DNA of 64,000 nucleotides from contig CDMY01000305.1 in assembly GCA_001179505.1 (NCBI GenBank), positions 62,001-126,000 of the forward strand. Reading direction: 5' to 3'. Each line of letters begins with the position of its first letter. The first letter of the stretch is position 1. The DNA comes from Vitrella brassicaformis CCMP3155. Its lineage: Eukaryota; Protista; Chromerida. A model generated the notes under the pieces. It searched no databases and was not told the origin of the DNA. It worked only from the letters and a program-made list of their open reading frames with translations. Below are positions 1-13,500 of the stretch, piece by piece. A program made the position numbers and the translations under genes.

Positions 1-2749
1 ACACACATGGATGGATGGATGGATGGGGTAGATGGTGGTTACTTGTATGTGTTCGACGACGAATGCCGTCAGGGAGGACAGCACCTGCGATGCCTGCCGG
101 AACAGCTCGATCGACGAGTCCTTCAGAATCAGCGACAGCGTGCTCAGCTTCCTGACACACACACACACACACACCCCTCTAAGGAGACGAATTGACACAT
201 ACAGCAGCACACCGCAGGGCCACCCACCTGGAAGTGGCGAGGCATTTGTTGCCTTTCTTGACAATCTGCACGAGCTCGGGCGGCGCGCTGCCGAAGTTGG
301 AGGACGGGAATGAAACGTGATAGCCCCGTGTCTCCGTGAACTCAATCTTCAAACCCAGGTCGGGCCTGACATCACATGCACCACAGACAGACAAAGACAG
401 GGACGGACGCCTTTGTTTGTATGCCGTAAGGTTCGGTTCGCAGGGGTGTGCGTACGGTACCATTCCTGTCTGTATAGTTCGAACAGCTGGAAGACCTTCT
501 CGACTGTCTCGTCGTAAATCTTGCGGGCCAGGTCGAGCTTCGGCTCCACATCCGGCTTGATCTGACCACCCATATCACATCACACACAGGGTGGTCAGTG
601 AGATGGAGAGGGAGGGAATGTGTTGTTTGTGTGACTGTATGGCCCACCAACCGCGAAGAAGAGATGGATCTTCTCCAGGCTGCTGTTCTTGCTGCATACA
701 CATACGTAGCAATGCAACACGTGGATGCTCTGCGTGGGCAAAGCGGTCACGACTCACTCACCTGTGCGAGACGTCCTCATCAATGATTTCGTCGATCTTC
801 TGTGCGATGAGCGCCAGCCGGGGGTCGGACATGTTCTCCTTGATCAGATAAAGCAGGGGACACATCTCGCTCGTCACCTCCCTGCACACGACAACAGATC
901 ACACAAAATGCATCCGTGCGTGTGTGGGTCACTCTCTCTTTCTCACTCGAGGGCTTTGGTGAGGCTGGGGAGCAGCTGGATGGTGTGCTTGAGCTGCAGA
1001 GTGCTCTTCAACATCATCCTGACACACACACACACACACACACTCTCTCTCTCCTCGTGTGGAGGTCGCCGTGGGCCTTCTGTCGGTCTGACTTTCCGTG
1101 TCGGTTGTCCTTGTGCTGCGGACGGGCGACTGACACACACACACGAGCAGGCAAAGAGGGTGGAGAATTTCTGGTCTCGGTGCCAATCTGCGCGGATTTG
1201 GCTGACCGAATCTTGAGCAGATGAGGTCGAGGTCGGTGAACTGCGACAACGCGCGCTGGGTATCGAAGAACCTGACCAACAAACAGAGATGGTGGGTGAC
1301 ACGAATGTTCTGCCTGCGTGTGGGGTGCCGACCGACATCCATCCATCCATACATTTGCTCGTGTGAGAGGAACACATCCACACAGTCGAGGCGCTCCTGA
1401 CACACACACATAGATAGATCGACACACAGAAACACACACACCTCCACACACACAATGTGATGTGTGTACTGCCGTCATCAATGTCACTCTGCACTCACGT
1501 TGATCTCTTTGGGGTCTGTGAGCGGCTGCAGCAGACTCTGGCGCAACATGCGCGCTGAAACCAAGAAACAGGGGACACGTCTGTCGTGTGCAGAGGACCG
1601 TGTTTGCTTTGCTCTCCGGGGGTGCATTTGCGCACCTCCCCCGCGTGTTTTGGTGCGATAGAGTGCGGAGATGGACTTCTTGGGGTCGCCGTGTCTCGTG
1701 TCGGCCAGCAGCTCCAGGTGCTCCACCGTCGACGGGTCCAGCAACACATAGTCGTCCAAATGACGAAACGATACCTGCATAAACAAACAAAAAGAACACA
1801 GGGACACACACGGACTGAGCTGTCATCTGTCGTAGGCGCATCTGTCTGTGTGTGCGTCTCATACGTTGAGTCCGTCTGTGGTCAGGATGATCTTCTGTGT
1901 GTGCTCGACGTATTTGGTGAGTGCGGAGAAAGCTGCCAGGGCCACATACCTGCATACACCACATGCCAACCCACACACACCGAGGAGTGCGTGAGCGAGG
2001 CAGCTCACTTCCCTTATGAGGTGCGGTGCTGTGTGTGTACTTGTTGGTGATATCCATGTTCTTCCTCGCTCCCTTGGCACTCTTCACCGAAGCCGCACCG
2101 CCATTCTCGTCAAAGTAGCGCCGAGCTGCCAATGGATGAATGGACAGAGAGAATGAAAGCGGCACCAACAGTTCTCTCCGATCCGTGTGCCCTAGCTAGA
2201 TACCGATGAATTGTATCTTGGCTTCCTCCAGGTCGTGGTTCTCGACGATGGCCTCGTGCAGCCGGCTGCCCTCAGCGGTTTTGCAGAGGACCAGCTCGGA
2301 GGGGAAGTAGGTGAGCAGCGTTCGGACCGTCTGCAGGTACGTGTGGTTGTCGCTGAACTGCAGCAGCTCGATCTCAAGAGAAGTCATGTCCATCGCAGCC
2401 ACACCAACCTGCACACAACACAATACACCAAAACACCTACGAAAGATGATTTCGCTTTGTTTATCACCTCCTTTGCCCGATTCTCGATGAGTGCGACGAA
2501 GAACGAGCCACAGCCCCCTGTGTGAGAACACCCAATACATATACACACACACGGCCGAGGTGCTTCCCTCCCTCACACACCGTTGTTTGGCGTGGGTGAT
2601 GGCTGTGCCGACTGCCCCGTGCGGCCACGGGCAGACCCCGTCACGCCAGCGGACGCCTTGCTGCGGCTCGTCTTGCTGCCCAGGCCATCGCCAGAGGCGA
2701 ACGTACCATCTGCAAGAGGTGTTCGTAGATGTTGGTGGGTAATATCCAT
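1..2749 (-). CDS. MSH4: MutS homolog 4 (meiotic crossover protein), multi-exon, runs off the left edge of the window
   Basis: Spliced exons give VALIENRAKE|VGVAAMDMTSLEIELLQFSDNHTYLQTVRTLLTYFPSELVL, LLDPSTVEHLELL, RMLRQSLLQPLTDPKEI, ERLDCVDVF and IKPDVEPKLDLARKIYDETVEKV. These match MutS domains II-IV and MSH4-type motifs. ATG at 2749 inferred; the C-terminal ATPase domain lies outside the window. Confidence 0.88.
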
Positions 2750-3050
2750 GGATAGATACCTTTGCTGGTGCCCTGCAGGAGAGGCGTCATTCTCCCGTGG
2801 CCGCTTGACATCCTTGCGAGAGGGAAAATGGCCTTCCAATTGCGGCCTTCAGAAAAAGCCAAACGTAAACTAAACGGAAGATCTCGCGCCAGGGTGGTCG
2901 CACGTTGTCGCATTTGGAGTGTCTGTACATATGTCCTCGTGGACACAGTCACGTCTGTTCCCATCCCTGTTCTCTTCTCTACGGTCCCTTCATCGTCACA
3001 AGGGGGACAACATGCAGTCTACACATATCTATCTCTGTCTGTCTGTCTGT

Positions 3051-3253
3051 CTACATTTCCCCGCATTCCGCGATGATGCAGTCGAGCTTGGGTTTGTTGT
3101 TGGTGCCGACTGAGACGTTCTCGATCTTCCTGACGACCATCATGCTGTCGGCGTCGAGCACCTTGCCGAACACCACGTGCTTGTTGTCCAGCCAGTCACA
3201 CACAGCACACGAGATGAAGAACTGACAACCGTTGGAATTCGGACCTGCACACA

Positions 3254-3284
<31 letters not shown>

Positions 3285-3878
3285 TAGACATGAATGCCAG
3301 CCACACCGTGTGACAGATCGGTATTGTCTGTGGGTGCGTGCTTCTGTAGGTGTTACCAGTGTTGGCCATCGAGAGGATGCCCGGCGAGTCGTGTTTGAGG
3401 ACGAAGTTCTCGTCAGGGAACCTCTCGCCAAAGATGGACAGGCTGCCCGTACCGTCACCCTTGACGAAGTCCCCTCCCTGCACCATGAAGTCCTTGATCA
3501 CTCTGACACACACACACCCAACACGATACATACAGCACACCCCACACAACACATGAACACATCCAGGCAATCTCTCCCTCCCTCCCTCCCTCCCTCCCTC
3601 CCTCCCCGTGTGTCCCCACCCACCCACTCACCCACTCCCTCCCTCCCTCACCGATGGAATGAAGCTCCCTTGTACCCTATAGGCACGTTGTTGAGCTTGA
3701 ACTCGCCCGTGCACAGCCGCCTGAAGTTCTCGACTGTCTTGGGGACGACATGCCGATAGAGCTCTATCTTAATGCGGCCGACAGGGTTGCCGCCGACGGT
3801 GATGTCGAAGAACACCACGGGGTTGTCGGCGTGCTTCAGCGGCCTGTTCTGCGGTAACCTCGTGTCAACACTCGTCAT
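3051..3878 (-). CDS. PPIH: Cyclophilin-type peptidyl-prolyl isomerase, cyclophilin H-like, 3 exons
   Basis: [58 protein letters not shown]|[33 protein letters not shown]...|[29 protein letters not shown], stop at 3051. The GEF..P.GYKG, GDGTG and NGCQFFI/CDWLD motifs are typical of the CypH subgroup. Confidence 0.88.
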
Positions 3879-4356
3879 AAATAGATCTTACTCGGGGACG
3901 GGCGGACAAGGACAGACAGCGGGAGGGAGATGACGCCAAGCTTAGAAGAGGCAGCTGCTGCCGGGAGTGGATGAACTCAATTCGACAGATGCAGTCGATG
4001 AACCGAAAAGCGAATGCAAAGATCAGTGGCAGGGCGTCGTTGACACTTGTTGCGGTCGGATACCCAGTCGACTGCTTCCCTGGTGGAAGCTCGCATTCAG
4101 CTCGCATCAGATCTCGGGTCAAGAGGACGTGTGGCGACGCAGCCAGCGTGCCTGACGATAGCCACTTAGCGAATTTTTCTATTTCTACCCTCCAGATTGT
4201 TCGAGCAACGTAGAGGCACTCGCAACCCCGTCCTGCAGCGTTGGCTGTGGTTCCCGAGTAGTGAGCTCACCCCGCCCTGCCCTCATCAATCGCTTCCCTC
4301 TCTCTCGGCACCCGGCACACGAGCCGTCCTTTCGCCCGTCCGTCCATTGACACCCG

Positions 4357-7300
4357 ATGTCATCCCGTGAGTCCGAGGCGGCTGTGGGATCCTCGTCCAG
4401 CAGTAGCAGTAGCAGCATGGAGGGTGTGCAGCATGGTGGTGGTGGTGGTGGTGGAGACGCCCCGGCGGGTCCGCCTCGGCCCTTGAAGCCGATGCGCGTG
4501 GATTTCGACGAGGATGACGACCTGGACGGTGAGGAGGGCGACGATGAGGACGACGAGCTGGGCGGTGCGTCCATCGAGGCCATCATCACACAGCTCCAGG
4601 TGTCTAGGAGGGAGGGGCGGGAGGGGGAGGGAGGGGTGAGATCGGGATGTGTCTGACTCTCTGTTGGTGTGGTTGCGTGTGTGTCCGTGCGTGTGTGTGC
4701 GTGTGGTCAGAAAGCGGTTGAGGACAACCCTTTGGATGTGGAGATCGGGGCGACGCTGATCGACATGGCCCGCAAGCACGAGTACCCCGAGCTGGTGACC
4801 GAGACGCGAGAGCTGCTCGCCAAACACTCAGCAACGGGAGACGAATTCTGGACTGTTTGGATCAAAGGTCAGTCCATCCATCCATCCATCCATCCATCCA
4901 TGGACCCACACAGATGAGAGGCGGAGTGTTGGTGTTGCATGCCATGCTCGTCTGTGTGTGTGTGCAGACATGATCGAGGAGCACCATAAGACGCCCACCC
5001 AGGTGACGGCCAACGATGTGCTGGACCTGTGCAAGAAGGCCGTGGACCTCGCGCCCTACGCCTCCTGCTGGATTGCCTACCTCCACTTCCTCGAAACACA
5101 ACCATCCGTAAGCCAAACTATCGCCCCATACCACACCACACTCCCCACCACTTGTTTGTTTCTGCTGCATTCCTGCCTGTTTGCTCTTTGCTATGTTGTT
5201 TGTCAGGTGAGTGTGCAGCAGCTGCGGGATTTCTACGAGCAGGCGGTCGACGCGCTTGGGCACCACGCCGTGGAGGGTCCCAAGATTTGGAGCGCCTGGC
5301 GGGCGTACGAGACCCGTGTTGGCGAGGGTGAGGAGGGCGACAAGGCCGAGCAGACCCGGACGACCCGCAAAATCTTCCACCGACAGCTCACCCTGCCTCT
5401 GGGGGGGCTGCCCGAAACACTCTGCGAGTACCGGTAGGTTGGTCACCACTCACACACACACAGACACACACACACACACACACACACAGTGAGAGAGAGA
5501 GAGCATTTAAGCCTACGTGTTGATATGTGTGTGTGTTGTGTATATATCTTCAGCTTGTGGGAGGAGGAGCTGCCGGAAGAGCTCAAGCGTGGGTGCGAGG
5601 AGGGCGAGGCCCGCTACGCCACCGGCCAGGCGGAGTGGGACAAACGAAAGGAACTCGAGCTCAAAATCTGCAACCCCGAAATCCCTGACGAGGTCAGCCA
5701 AACCCGCCGTCCTCATCCTCCCTTCGCTTCATCCCTCCCGTCGGTTTGTGGATGTTTGTTTGTTCATGTGGTTCAGGAGCTGACGGCCGCCTGGGATGCC
5801 TACGTGGCCCTGGAGCTGTCCACGGGCGACCCCAACCGCATTTTGGTGACGTACCTGCGGGCCACACTGGAGCTCCCGCACCGGGTGGACCTCTGGCTGC
5901 AGTACGCCGACTACTGCTTTGACACCGTCAAGAGCTCCGACCTGGGCCATGTGGTGCTCCAGAGGGCCGTGCGACACGCGGCCGGGGCCGCCAAGCTGTG
6001 GCAGGAGCTCATGCTGTGTCAGGTACGGTACGCTCATTCGTAGGGACTCCCATGGTGTGCGTGCAGTACATGGGGTGGTGTGGTGTGGTGTGGATTGGAT
6101 GTGTGGGCAGGCGGAGATCTTTGCGCCCGTGGAGGATTTGACCGAGACGTTCAGCCGTGCGTTGCGCGTGGGCAACTTCAGCGAAGCGACCGAGTTTCTG
6201 GAGCTCCACCTCACGTGCGCAGACTGCATCCGACGGGTGCTCATCGGTACGCATCCCCCCCCCTCCCTCACACGGGGTCTCTATCTGTTGCCATCCATGT
6301 GTGTGTGGTGTGTGGTGGTGTGCGTGTCCGTCTGTCTGTCTGTCTGTCTGTGATGTGTGTGATGCATCCATCGATCAGCTGACGCGAGTCGGCAGCAGCA
6401 GGAGCGGATGGGCAATGCCGAGGGCGACGAGGCCGCCGAGGAGGAGGATCTCATGGAGGACATCGACTGGTCTCCTATGAGAAGCCTCTTTACACAGGTA
6501 TGCCCTCATGTATCAAGATTGGTCGACGGATTGGCTGCTCCTGTCTGTCTGTCTGAGTGCAGGCTGAGGGCTTCTTCGAGGAGCACCTGCCGCAGATGGA
6601 GCTGTCCCGGGAGATATGGCTGCACTGGCTGCGTATCGAAACCAATATCTGCAAGGTCAGACCGACAGACACACACACAGACAGACAGACAGACAGACAG
6701 ACGACTTTCCTTCTGCTGTGGAAATGGATGGATGGATGGATGGATGGGCAGGATTGGCAGATGGCGACAGAGCTGGCGGAGAAGCTCTTCACGCGCTACC
6801 CCACCGACTTGCCCCTCTTCATGCAGTGTGTCCACCTCCTCCGCACCGCCGCGCCATGCCAACTCGACTCGCACTCCTTTCTCCATCCCCACTTCGACAA
6901 ACGCATCGAAGCAGCCAAAAACGACGCACAGCTGTCCGAGGTAGGTCGCACACACACGCACACACGCACAAAGAGAGACGAAGAGGCAGAGAAGGTGGGA
7001 GGATCGCGTGGCGGCACAACACCTACCTACCTACCATCATGTACATTCCTCTGTGTGTGTGGTGTCGCCCACCACTTTTAGCATTTGGAGAGGGAGTGGC
7101 TGGCGCTCGAGCGCGAGTCCGGTTCCAACGAGAGCTACCGAAAGGCCCGGCGCCAAGTGGAGGCCAACAGACGCCGCCGAGCAGAGCGACAGGGTTCCCC
7201 TTGCCAATCCGATGCTGACTCCACCGCTGACGTACGTGACACCCACCTACCACCCACCTATATCGTTACGTGTGCTTGCCTTCCCCTCTCTCCCTTCCCT

Positions 7301-9956
7301 TGCTCAGCGCCGCCAGGTGTCGAGTCGTCGCAAGAAGCGCCGTGTGGGCGAGTCGGACAGCGAGGCATCGGCGAGCGAGCCAGAGCTGCCCCCGCCACCC
7401 AAGCGGCCCAAGAGTGGAGACAAGGAGCTTGCGGCCCATGCAGCAGCAGCCGGCAAGGGCGCCGCTGCTGCTGACGAGATGCCGCCCCCTCCGCTGCCCC
7501 CCGGCATCCAGAAGAAGAGCAAGCGACACAAGGATAAGGACAAGGAGAGGGGCAAGGAGCGGAAGCGGGCCAAGGAAGCTGACAAGGGGGGAGAGGACAA
7601 GAAGCCCCCGGCAGACAGCGAGGCGGTGGCCCAGCCTTCATCATCGGCAGCAGCAGCAGCAGCAGCAGCAGCCCATGAGCGTGAGGGCATGATGGCTGTG
7701 GAGGGCCCCCCCACTGGCGAGGTGAGGACCCCTGAGGGCGTTATGGCGATGGACGAGGAGGAAGGGCAGGGAGGGGAGGAGGAGGACGCCGCCAAGAAGA
7801 AGAGCCCCTTCAAGGGCAAACACTTCCACCAACTCCGGCAGCACCAGTAAGGCCACAGACGCGTACGCGCCATCTCTCCGTATCCTCTATGTGTGTGTTG
7901 ACATGCATCCATCCATCAGGATAGCGTCGGGTGCCGAGGAGGCCGCTGCCGAGGGCGGCGCTGCGTCGATGCGGGTGGATGCGGGCGAGGGGTCGGTGCT
8001 GCCGCCCTCTGTGGACGAGCCCTGCACCGTGTGGGTGTCAAATCTCGACACATCCGTCGGGGAAGACACACTCAAGGAGATCTTCGAGCAGTGCAAGGGG
8101 CTCAAGGAGGTACGCACGGGACACACAGTAGATAGAGGGGTCATACATGTGTGCTGGTTGTGTTGTCTTGGTGTTTGTTCGACATCAACAGATCCGTTTG
8201 GTGCGTGACTTCACCAAGCGGTCCAAGGGCTTCGCCTACGTGGATTTCGAGACGCACGAGGACGCCGCGGCCGCATCAGACAAGCTCAACGGACACAAGA
8301 TTCACGACCGACCACTGAAGGTGATCACGAGCGATGCACACACACAAACAGATGGAAACCAGGGAGGCAGACCAGACGGCATGTGGTCTGTCTGTGCTGG
8401 CGGTGTCGGTGGTCAGGTGCTGCTGTCGCACCCCACCCGCCCGCTGTACGACGCGGGAACGGTGTACATCAAGGACCTGCCCGACGAGGCCACCGAGGAC
8501 GACGTGGCCTCCTTCTTCAAAACCCGGGCTGGCGTCCACGTCAAAGCTGTCAGGCTGCAGAGGGATGACAAGGGGCATCTCAAAGGGTAGGTGGGCAGGG
8601 CAAGAGGGTCATCGGAGGGAAAGACTTGCGTGGCTTCGTCTTCTCCTGATGGATGCTGTGTGTGTGCGTGTCTTGTCTGATCGATCAGTTACGGCTATGT
8701 TGATTTCGAGAGCGACGACGAGGTGGTCAACGCGCTCACACTCGACAAAGCGGTGAGTTTGCGTGACTTCCCTCATGGATGAATGGCATGCGCCTTTGGA
8801 TGCACCATTTTCTTGTTTGTTGACCGGCTTCTATCTATGTGTATGTGTGTGCAGGAGATGGGCGGGTCGCCCATCCGTGTGGCCCGCTCCATCCCCAAGA
8901 AGGACCACAGATGGATCAAAGCGCCGCCCAACAAGGTCACTCACACGACCACACACAGAGACAGACACACCACACACCGGCCTAACACACGTGCTTCTAA
9001 TGTGCTGTGTGTGCGTGTGTGTTCAGGAGAAGCGTCGCAACGAGATGGAGATGGCCAAGGCCGCGCCGCCCCCCGAAGCCACCACGGTCGTGCACGTCAG
9101 CAACATCAACTTCAAGACCACCGACGAGGCTTTCGAACAGCACTTCCAGCAGGTGAGAGAGAACAGAAGTGACGTGACAGTGCTGACCGGCCATTTCTCC
9201 GTGTGCTGTTTGTGCATGTCCATTGTCTGCAGATAGGCGAGGTGACCCAGTCGTTCATCTGCCGCGACCCCAGCACAGGCCGGTCCAAGGGCTTCGGCTT
9301 CCTCGAGTTCGCCAAGCCCGAAGACGCCATGGGCGCCATGATGCTCAACGGATCCACACTCGGTCAGCTCAGCACACGCAACCTAAAGGCCCCCACACAC
9401 AGGACAGGCACACCATCACCCATTTCTCTCTCTCCTGCCTTTCGTTATCAGACGGTCGCGAGCTCACCGTTTCTCGCTCCACCCGTGCCATCGCCCCTCC
9501 TAAGCCCCACCCAGAGCGGCCATTCGACCAGTCGCAGCGAGGCGGGCGGGGAGGCGGATTCCGCGGAGGTGGACGGGGCGGCAGAGGCGGCCGCGGAGGG
9601 CGAGGTGGGGGTGGGGGTAAAGGAAGGGGCTTCCATGAGCACCCCAGACAGCACCTTGACGTCCAGGGTCTGTCGGCACCCCACCAGCAGACAGAGGCCG
9701 CAGAGGGGCAGCAGGTACGCACGAACGAACACAAGTATGTATTCGAGACCTCACTCACTGGATGGATGCTTCTTCGTTTGTTTGTTTGTTTGTTTGTCCG
9801 TGCCTGCAGGCGGCTAATGGTGTGGCAGGTGACGAGAGCGCGATGGACATATCCAATGGCGTGACTGAGCAGACGGCAGCAGCAAGTGAGGCCAACACGG
9901 AGGGCGGCATGAAGAGCAATGAAGACTTCCGAAAGATGGTGTTGGGCCTTCGTTAG
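4357..9956 (+). CDS. SART3: SART3/Prp24-like U4/U6 snRNP recycling factor (HAT repeats + 3 RRMs + LSm-interaction motif), many exons
   Basis: HAT-like exons (RDFYEQAVDALGHHAVEGPKIWSAWRAYE; YLRATLELPHRVDLWLQYADY), RRMs with RNP1 motifs KGFAYVDF, KGYGYVDF and KGFGFLEF, an RGG tract, and C-terminal MKSNEDFRKMVLGLR* matching the LSm-interaction motif. Confidence 0.92.
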
Positions 9957-10549
9957 TGAGGGATGGATGGAAGTGCATGCCATGCGGGCGGAGTGTTTCA
10001 AAGCTGCTGATAGTCGGTCCCGATGGGTTTGGGGCTGGTACTTACTGCCTGGCAGGAGGGAGGTTGTTGTGGTGGATGTAGCATAGCACTGGGTGGGCGT
10101 GTGGGTGGATGGGTGGATCTTTCTCTGCATGGTTATTTGCCTGCTTGCCTTCGGTGTGTCGTCGGTCTTGTGGGGGTGGACGTGTGTGTGTGGCGCGATG
10201 ACGCATGCAGGTGATCGTGAGTGTGTGTGTTGCATGTGTGCGTGCTCCCCGAGGTGACCGCATTTTTGTTTGTTCTTGGCAGTTGTGTGCTTCGTACAGC
10301 GCAGCCAGTGAGTGCAGCCAGAGAGAGACATATGAACATCGATGGTGATCCGATATCTCTCATGCAGTGGGCGGGCAGGAATGACAAGTCCCTACTTAAC
10401 GGCACACAAGGAAACAAGGAACAGACCAAGAGAATGGGCAGGCACCAATCACCATCCACTTATCAGACACACGTCTCAGCGACCACCACAGCCAACAACA
10501 TACACAGCCAACAACAATTCTCAACAACCATACTAATCCCGCCATCTGG

Positions 10550-13500
10550 TCAACTCCATTCGTTGTCCATCCCGGCCGCCCTCCTCAGCAAGTCTTCACA
10601 CGTCGTCATGCACTCAGACGTCGCCTTGGTCAGCCCGTCAAGATACACTCGCATCTCACGAGTCGACTCCACTATCTCACGGGGAACCCCACACCGAACC
10701 TCTCGCCGGCCCCTCCCCATCCTGCTCTTGGGCAGCATCAACTCTCTCTCCCTCTCGCCACCTTCACCGATGTCTCTCTCATACCCACTTGTCGCTCTGT
10801 CACCACTCGTCTCCTGGTCCATCGCCCAGCCGGCGACCGATAGAGTGTCCTCGTCAATGTCAATGTCAATGTCCGGGGTTGTCTGTGGAGGCGTGAAGTC
10901 ATAGTCGGTCGGCTGCGGGGGCAGGGGAGACGACAATCGCGACGGCGATGCTGCACGATGCGGCGGCTTCCTGGGGTATAAAGGCGCTGTGTCGTCATCG
11001 CGAGACCCGTCGGGGCTCCGCAGGTCAGCGACTAGGGTCTGCATCCATTTCTGCTCGCGTGGTGTGAGCCTGTCTCGCATCAGCCCGTCGAATCGCTGCA
11101 AGTCGTACTCTGTGAAGCACGCGTCTGTGAATGTGGGCGGCCGGGGGATCGCTGTGGGCAGGGAGAGGCTGGGAGGGGGCTGCGATCGGGATGAAGGCGA
11201 AGCTGAAGCTCGGGGGCGGCGGATCTTGCCCTGCATGCACAGATCGATGGAGAAAGAGACACAATGCTATACACCCTTGTGCCGCCCTTTCATGATCCAC
11301 TCGCTTACCGGCGATGTGTCTCTCGTCGGAGGGAGGCACATCGCCGGTCGAATCACTGTGCCACCCTCGCCGCCCCGTCTCCCTCTCATCGAGCTCCCTT
11401 TCGGCAGCCAAGCATTCACCAACATCCGGACCAGCCACGCGAGCTCCTCTCCCCGCACCCACCGATGGACTTCAGGCGCCTCTGTCATGGCTTTAGAGAT
11501 GAAGTGGGCGATTCTGCCCTCGTGGCCTTCCTCGATGTGCTGAAGAAGGGTGATGGAGCGGTTGAGAGCTGTGTGGGCAGTCTGCAGAGAGGAGTGCAGC
11601 GAGGCGAGGGGCTTGTCTGACGCTGAGGAAGGCTGATCGGCGATCCCAATGACAGGGGGAGGAGAGGGGCCGAGCTCTGTCATACACACAGAAGGAATGA
11701 CCTGAGGGCCCAACAACAATTGAAGCGGGGAACTGGCTGACCGTGCTGCAGTAGGTTCTCGAGGTGCCGCATGACATCCGCCTTGGACAAATATGAAGTT
11801 CCCTCGGGGCATGGAGTTCCTTTGTACCCCTCAGGTGCAAGCTGCAGCATTCGCCCCTGCCCTTTGAGTTCCATCGTGCCGCCGTCGCGCTGTGCACCGG
11901 GAAAAGTCGCCGTTCTCGCCTTTTTCCGCTCTGCGGTCAGCTCCTGCTCGAGTGACTGTGTGCGTCTCTTGTGCTCTTCCAGGTCTTTTCTCAAGTCTTC
12001 CTTCTCGCGATGGAGCTGCTTCATGCGGCCATCTGCAAGGGCCAACTGGGCGACACACAGAGGGTGCATGTGTGGGGTGAGAGACTAAATGCTGCTCCTG
12101 TGAGTTCCCCCGCTCACCCTTTGCTCGGCGGATCTGTGACGGTCTTCGAGCGTCATCTTCTCGTCATCAAGGCGTCGAATCTGCAAAACGTGATCGTGGT
12201 GCATGGCATGCACGATCCATTTGTGTTCTCTTGCATGCATCATCACCTACGTCTTCGAGTGACGACTGGTGCTTGAAATTCGCCCCCTTGAGGCCCTTTG
12301 TCAGGTCACGATTCTCAGTCCGCAGGTGTTCTAGCGTGGTTTCGAAGTAGCCGACTTTCCCGAGGTAGTGCCGTTGCTGACGAGAGATGCAACACAGGCA
12401 GTCGACTTCCGTCTGTGTATTGCGTCCTGCACGTGCTCACCGCTTCCTTGAGCCGCTCATTCTCCCTGGTCAGCTCCTCGTTTTGCTTCTGCTTCTCTTT
12501 CACGGCCTGTCTCGCCGTCGCGTTCTCAGCGATTGCCTGCAGAAAATCAGCAGGAAGGGAGCCAGGGAGGCATTAGTGGAACACGAAGGTGTGTGTCAGT
12601 CACCTCTTCCTTCTCTCGTTCGAGCTGAGCATTTTGCGCCAGTGCGTCGTTCAGCTCCGTCTGCACGGTCTCCTTCTCCCTCTGCAGCTTCGCAAACGTT
12701 GCGCGATCGGCTCTCTCTTGCTGCGAACACACGCGACATCAGCAAGGAGGTGATCGGGAAGAAGGTGCAGCGAGTCAGCCACCTGTTTGCCTTCGAACGA
12801 GAGCCGAGCCCTTCGCTGCAGAGCGTCTTCGAGCTCCTTCCGGAGGCCGACATTCTCCTCCGAGAGTTGTGTGAGGGCGGCGTGCTGCGCCTGGTGCTGA
12901 GCCGCGGCTGTCGTGAGCTCTCTCCTCTCCTGCACGAGCCGGGCATTGTCCTGCAGAGCAGCCTCGAGCTTGACGGAGAGGGCATTCTTCTCCCGGACCA
13001 GCCGGGCTACCGCTGCACGGTCCGCATGAGTGGGGGACGACTGCACCACACGGACATTGGGTTGTGAAGATGACAGACATGAGATGGTATGGGATATCTA
13101 TCGTTTCCTTCCTGACTCGTTCTAGTATGGCCTGATCGTGGCTGGCCTTGAGGCGGCTTTTCTCCAGCACAGCGGTCTCCAGCTGCTCTTTCAGTGCCTC
13201 CTTCTCCTGCATGAGCCGGTGGACCGCCGCGCGCTCACTAACTAGACGTGTCTGCAACAGATATGAGATGAATGACCAAGGCTGACTGTGCTCGTGGTCT
13301 GACTCACCGAGTGGGTGTCAAATCGCGGCTCCTGCTGCTTCATTTCAGATGAGCGTCGAGGTGACGGACCTGAAGCGACGCTGCTGCTCCGCCGGCGAGT
13401 CTCAGAGAAGACAGGCACAGAGACAGGGGAAACCTGAGGCTGAGGAGCCTCCCCTTGCAGCCGGCCAATGACGGCAGATACTTCTTCCTGCGCACACCAA

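Noticed and set aside
9369-10331. 320-aa minus-strand ORF and the many similar HTHT/VCVC/TDRQ-rich ORFs
   Set aside because: Translations of intronic or UTR microsatellites, or antisense of real exons.
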